From NCBI RefSeq assembly GCF_902713615.1, contig NW_024055815.1:186001-250000 (forward strand): DNA of 64,000 nucleotides. The letters run 5' to 3'. Below the pieces are notes generated by a model, which was not told where the DNA came from, made no database searches, and worked only from the letters and a program-made list of their open reading frames with translations. The first letter of the stretch is position 1, and every line of letters starts with the position of its first letter. The stretch comes from Scyliorhinus canicula. Lineage: Eukaryota. Shown piece after piece: positions 58,979-64,000 of this stretch. Made by a program: the position numbers and the translations under genes.

Positions 58979-61900
58979 ATGCATGATCCAATTGATATTG
59001 CTGAGAAAATATTCTACCCAATCGTTGCTATTGTCGGTGTTCCTGGTAAGTGAATACAGTATCACCATTGAACTTGTGTAAATCTGTGTGTGAGCGGCTC
59101 TCTGATTTGAAACTTTGAGTGAAAATGTTTAACCCTGATCTCGAGCTCACTGTTATACAGACACACGATCAACTATATAATTGTCAAATGTCTTTAAGCA
59201 TGTCAATGGTTTGAATCCCTTCCATCAAATCACAATAAACCTCTGTTTGTTACTCACTGGATCTCTGACCGGTGAAGTTATGATATTGAGTGGCATCTTG
59301 TATAATGTTAGATTGGATCTCAGTGATGGCAATGTCTCTGATGGGAGGTTTAGGAGGAGAAAGAATTAAAGCAGACTGCGTGTGGGTAACTCACCAGAGT
59401 GGAATATCTGACAGCGGTGAGGAAGTGTTACTGGAAGTATCTCAGTGTAGAATTGGAATGAGTGTGTGTCTCTCACCAGAGTGGAATATCTGACAGTGGT
59501 GAGGAAGTGTTACTGGAAGTATCTGACAGTGTAGAATTGTACTGAGTGTGGGTCTCTAACCAGAGTGGAATATCTGATCTAATTATCTCTTGATTACTGG
59601 GGCTATCTGTCCATGTGTAATTGTATTGTGTGTGGGTCAGTAACTGGACTGCCATGAGTAAGTTCTATTTTGAAATGATGTATTTTATTGGTGAGTTGTT
59701 GCTTCATTCTGTGGAGTTCTCTATGTGAGTTTTAACTTTGGAATAGGTTGAAAAGAGGAAGAGTTTGAAAATGAAATGAAAATGAAAATCGCTTATTGTC
59801 ACGAGTAGGCTTCAATGAAGTCACTGTGAAAAGCCCCTACTCGCCACATCCCGGCGCCTGTCTGGAGAGGCTGGTACGGGAATCGAACCGTGCTGCTTGG
59901 CCTGCTTTAAAAGCCAGCCCAGTGAGCTAAACCAGCCCTTAGTGAGCTAAACCAGCCCCTGTTTGGTTGGATTTTGAAGATGTTTGATATTTATTGTATG
60001 GAGTGAAATGTCCCTATCTCTGTTTTCTATTGACCTACTCCAACAGGAACAAACATGATCCACACTTCAATATTTCATAAAACCCACAACAGTGCAGTAT
60101 TCCAATAGGTTTTGTGATATTTTCTCATTTCTATTCATTCTGAAATGAACTCACATGTTTGATCAATTGTTATGGATGTTTTTAAACTGTGTTTCTGCTT
60201 CACACGATTTGTGAATCTAATCACCTGAACCCAGAAATCCCTCCAGTCCATTCACACACTTGTTTTCCATGGAGTGATTGGGGGACTTATTGTTCTGATC
60301 AAAATGCAGCAGCAGACACTGATATGTCGGGAAATTAATTTCCCGTTGAAATACCCACTTTGCAAATTCATAATTACTGATAATGTGTTCTTGCAATTAG
60401 TTGTATTCTTCCTCTGTATTCGCTATCACTCTCAATTTGATTTTGTCTGTAAATTGTTCAATTATCGTTCTCCTTCCCGATTCCATAATGATGATGGGAA
60501 TGGGGAAGGAGAGTGATCCCAATGCTGACCCTTGTGGAACATCACTTCCCACCTTCCACCAATCAGCCTAAATCCCTTTGCCTCCTCTCCCTGTGTGTGT
60601 ATCGCCAGCATGTGTCCATTCTGCTGCTGTGTCCCCTAACTCCACTGGCTCTGAGATTACCCATCAGTCTGTTATGTTGGATCTTACTGACGGCCTTTAG
60701 AAAGTAAAATTGTTTAACATCTATTATACTACTCAGATCTATTATTTCTGATAGTTATTACAATAATTGGATGAAATGTGTCAGGAATAATGTTGACTTT
60801 GGAATATGTGCCGACTATTTAGTAGACTCTGTGTTACTGGATTTCTTTAACTCAGACTTCTAATGCCATTTTTCCAACTGTTGACATTGTAACTGGAAGA
60901 TTTTATTATATTCTGTTGTAAATTCAAGAATAACAGAGACCGACTTCTGCTTTTCAATTCTTTGGTAATTATTCTGATGGTGATCACTGAGTAGATAATA
61001 TTGTCTCGGCTGTTTCTCACTGTCTATTTTTATGAATATTTGCTGCTGAAATCCATCTGCCTCCAGTAATCTCCCTCTACCTGGACCCCACCCTCTGGCC
61101 TCCTATCAGCTCTTGATCTTTTCATTGAGATCTGTCAGTGCAAAATCGACAGTCTCAATTTCTCTGAGCCTCTCACCAACTCTATCCTGACTCACTCGAA
61201 ACTTGCTCCAAACCTCTCTCTAATATCCAACCCTGACCTGGTGACCTGAGCTACCAACAAGGGTGGTGCCATTATTGTCTGGTGTACTGACTTCTTCCTC
61301 ACAGAGACTGACCGTCAACTCTCAGGCCCATCCTGCTACCTCCTCCTGGACCAGCAGCACACCACCAAACATCATGATATTGTTCCCAGGACACTCACTG
61401 ACCTCATTGGCTCTGGACATCCTCTGTCCACAGCCTCGGACATCATCGTCCGACAACCCCACACATCCTGCATCAACCTCCCGCTTCTACCTCCTTCCCA
61501 AAATCCACAAACAGGAAAGTCCCCGTAGACCCATTATTTCGGCCTGTTCCAGCCCCAGCAAGATCATTTCTTCCTCTCTTAATTCCATCCGCTTTATCCT
61601 GTTCTGTCCCTTCCCAATGACATTGGTGGCACAGTAACGCAGTGGTTGGCACTGCTGCCTCACAGCACCAGGGTCCCCGAATCAATTCCTACCTTTGGTG
61701 ACTGTGTGGAGACTGCAGTTCTCCCCGTGTCTGCGTGGGTTTCCTCCGGGTGCTCCGGTTTCCTCCCACAGTCCAAAGATGTGCAGGTTAGGTGGATTGG
61801 CCATGATAAATTGTGTTTACTTTCCAAACAATTTAGATGGGGTCACTGGGTTATGGGGATGGGGTGGTCTTAACTGGTGTTTACTTTCCAAGGGCCGGTG

Positions 61901-63732
61901 CAGATTCGATGGGCTGAATGGCCTCCTTTTGCACTATACATTTGATGTTTCTATTCCTCCCATGATTATGAAGTGGGAAGGTCCTGCGTTTGTTTTGTTT
62001 TTCCATTGATCATGGAGGATTCAAATAAAGCAGGAGTGGAGTCCAACCCCATCAGAAACCCAGTCCAGGGGGGAACGGTCCAATCCGGGGTGTGGTCCAA
62101 TAATTGAGCAGGGATGACAATCTCTGGTATGTTTGTATCTAGTTTGGGAACATAGAACCTAGAACAGTACAGCACAGAACAGACCCTTCGGCCCTCGATG
62201 TTGTGCCGAGCAATGATCACCCTACTCAAACCCACGTATCCACCCTGTACCCGTAACCCAACAATGCCCCCCCCCCTTAACCTTACTTTTTTAGGACACT
62301 ACGGGCAATTTAGCATGGCCAATCCACCTAACCCGCACATCTTTGGACTGTGGGAGGAAACTGGAGCACCCGGAGGAAACCCACGCACACACGGGGAGGA
62401 TGTGCAGACTCCGCACAGACAGTGACCCAGCCGGGAATCGAACTTGGGACCCTGGAGCTGTGAAGCATTTATGCTAACCACCATTCTACCCTGCTGCCCC
62501 AAACGTGGCCGGCCTGAGTGAATCCTGGAAATCAGACTGAATGAGAAATGTAACCTCTCCCAAAGGTACCTGAATTATAAACATTTTCCTACCACTGCCA
62601 TCAAACTGACAGGGCTGCAATTCACACTTTTCCCCCCATTCCCCATCTTTAACACTGGAGTTACATTTGCTACTTCCCTCTCTGCAATGTTAATCTCTGT
62701 GTCCACTCCTCTCTCCTCTCCCAACACCCCCACCCACCCACTGTCCATTATATTGATGCTGAGATTATGTTCAGACAGGGAGATTGATTATCCCGTAATT
62801 TCCCGCGTCTCTCCTTTCTCTCTCTGACAGTTAATTTACTGGGAATTGTAATTCTGTGTCGGGGGAAGTGTGGTCTCTCTACCTGCACCACTCGCTACCT
62901 GGTGGCCATGGCAACGGTGGATCTGCTATTTATTATCACTAAACCCATACTGAACATGATCGATGATTATTATTTCCACTGGAATTTCCTGTCCCTCACC
63001 CCTGTGTGCCGTGTTAACTTTGTCCTGATGTCTGCAGCCAGGGACTGTTCTGTCTGGTTCACCCTCACTTTCTCCTTTGATCGATTTGTGGCCATTCGCT
63101 GCCAGAAACTGAAAACTAAATATTGCGCCGGGAAAACTGCGGCTGTGGTTCTGTCAACAACCGGCCTCCTGCTCTGTGTGAAAAACATCCCCCAGTACTT
63201 TATATATGAACCTGTGACGATAATCAACAATATCCAGTGGTTCTGTCAGATAAAGAGCAGCTATTGGACTGACCCGGGATGGGTTGGATATTCCTGCTTT
63301 GATCAGGTTTTAACCCCATTGATCCCATTCTTCTCAATCCTGTTGACCAACGCTCTGACAGTCAGACACATTTTACTCACCAGTCGGGTCCGGAAGACAC
63401 TGAGGGCTCAGTGTCAGGGAGACAATCGCACAGACCTAGAGATGGAGAGCAGAAGGAAGTCAATGATTTTACTCTTCAGCATCTCCGGAGCTTTCATTCT
63501 CCTCTGGACCGTGTACGTTATTAAATTTTTCTATTTGGATTTGTCAGATGTTGATTACCTCACCGATCCTCAATATAATTTACAACAAGTCGGATTTATG
63601 CTGCAGGATTTAAATTGCTGCACAAATACATTTATTTATGTGGTGACTCAGTCCAGGTTCAGGGAGCAGATCAAGATCGCGGTGAAATATCCAGTTACAT
63701 CAATTGCTAGGTTAATGAGTAAATCAACCTGA
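58979..63732 (+). CDS. GPR139/GPR142-like class A GPCR, two exons (58979-59045, 62831-63732), 322 aa
   Basis: Exon 1 MHDPIDIAEKIFYPIVAIVGVP G|GTAAG; acceptor tgacAG at 62830, in phase; seven hydrophobic helices, YLVAMA-x-x-DLL, FSFDRFVAI, LNCCTNTFIY. Confidence 0.88.
59380..59650. repeat. About 83-bp imperfect tandem repeat in the GPCR intron
   Basis: ccagagtggaatatctga recurs three times. Confidence 0.7.
61060..61620 (+). mobile_element. Penelope-like RT fragment
   Basis: RFYLLPKIHK..RPIISACSSP motif in ORF 61263-61637. Confidence 0.75.
61622..61960 (+). mobile_element. HE1-like SINE
   Basis: tRNA head and gcgtgggtttcctccgggtgctccgg core. Confidence 0.85.
62150..62500 (-). mobile_element. 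HE1-like SINE
   Basis: Full reverse copy with CR1-like tail. Confidence 0.88.
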
Positions 63733-63824
63733 CTGACAGCCTCTCAGCCAATCAGCAACTCCAGCCGCTGACTGTCAGCCAATCAGCAGCTCCAGCCGCT
63801 GACTGACAGCCTCTCAGCCAATCA

Positions 63825-64000
63825 GCTGTGGGGGGTACTGGCAGTGCTGGCTGTGGGGGTGCACTGGCAGTGCTGGCTGTGGTAGAGCAATGGCAGTGCT
63901 GGCTGTGGGAGGGACTGGCAGTGCTGGCTGTGGGGGGGGCACTGGCAGTGCTGGCTGTGGGAGGGGCACTGGCAGTGCTGGCTGTGGGAGGGGCACTGGC
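63825..64000. repeat. About 24-26-bp GC-rich minisatellite
   Basis: Repeats of ggcagtgctggctgtggg(a)ggg(c)act running off the window end. Confidence 0.9.

Overview
Cartilaginous-fish (shark-like) genomic DNA, inferred from HE1-like and Deu-domain SINEs and abundant CR1, Penelope, Rex1 and L1 elements. There is a 100-N assembly gap at 17935-18034. Left part (1-15 kb): a repeat-rich C2H2 zinc-finger gene neighbourhood with a CpG-rich promoter, two decayed ZNF exons and one intact 7-finger ORF. 15.1-17.9 kb: the 3' end of an LTR retroelement (minus strand) with a 901-bp LTR and PPT. Its internal region shows no recognisable env, but has several strong splice acceptors and a decayed small membrane-protein ORF. 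28-44 kb: seven T-cell receptor alpha/delta-type V segments with 23-type RSSs in both orientations (3 intact, 4 pseudogenes). These are interleaved with a duplicated tRNA array (Val, Arg, Asn and an intron-containing tRNA-Pro). 47.4-55.9 kb: a 31-bp satellite split by a near-intact full-length L1 with a 15-bp TSD. Right end: an intact two-exon GPR139/142-like GPCR preceded by an 87-bp tandem repeat. All coordinates were read by eye; boundaries of old repeats are approximate, and no database searches were run.
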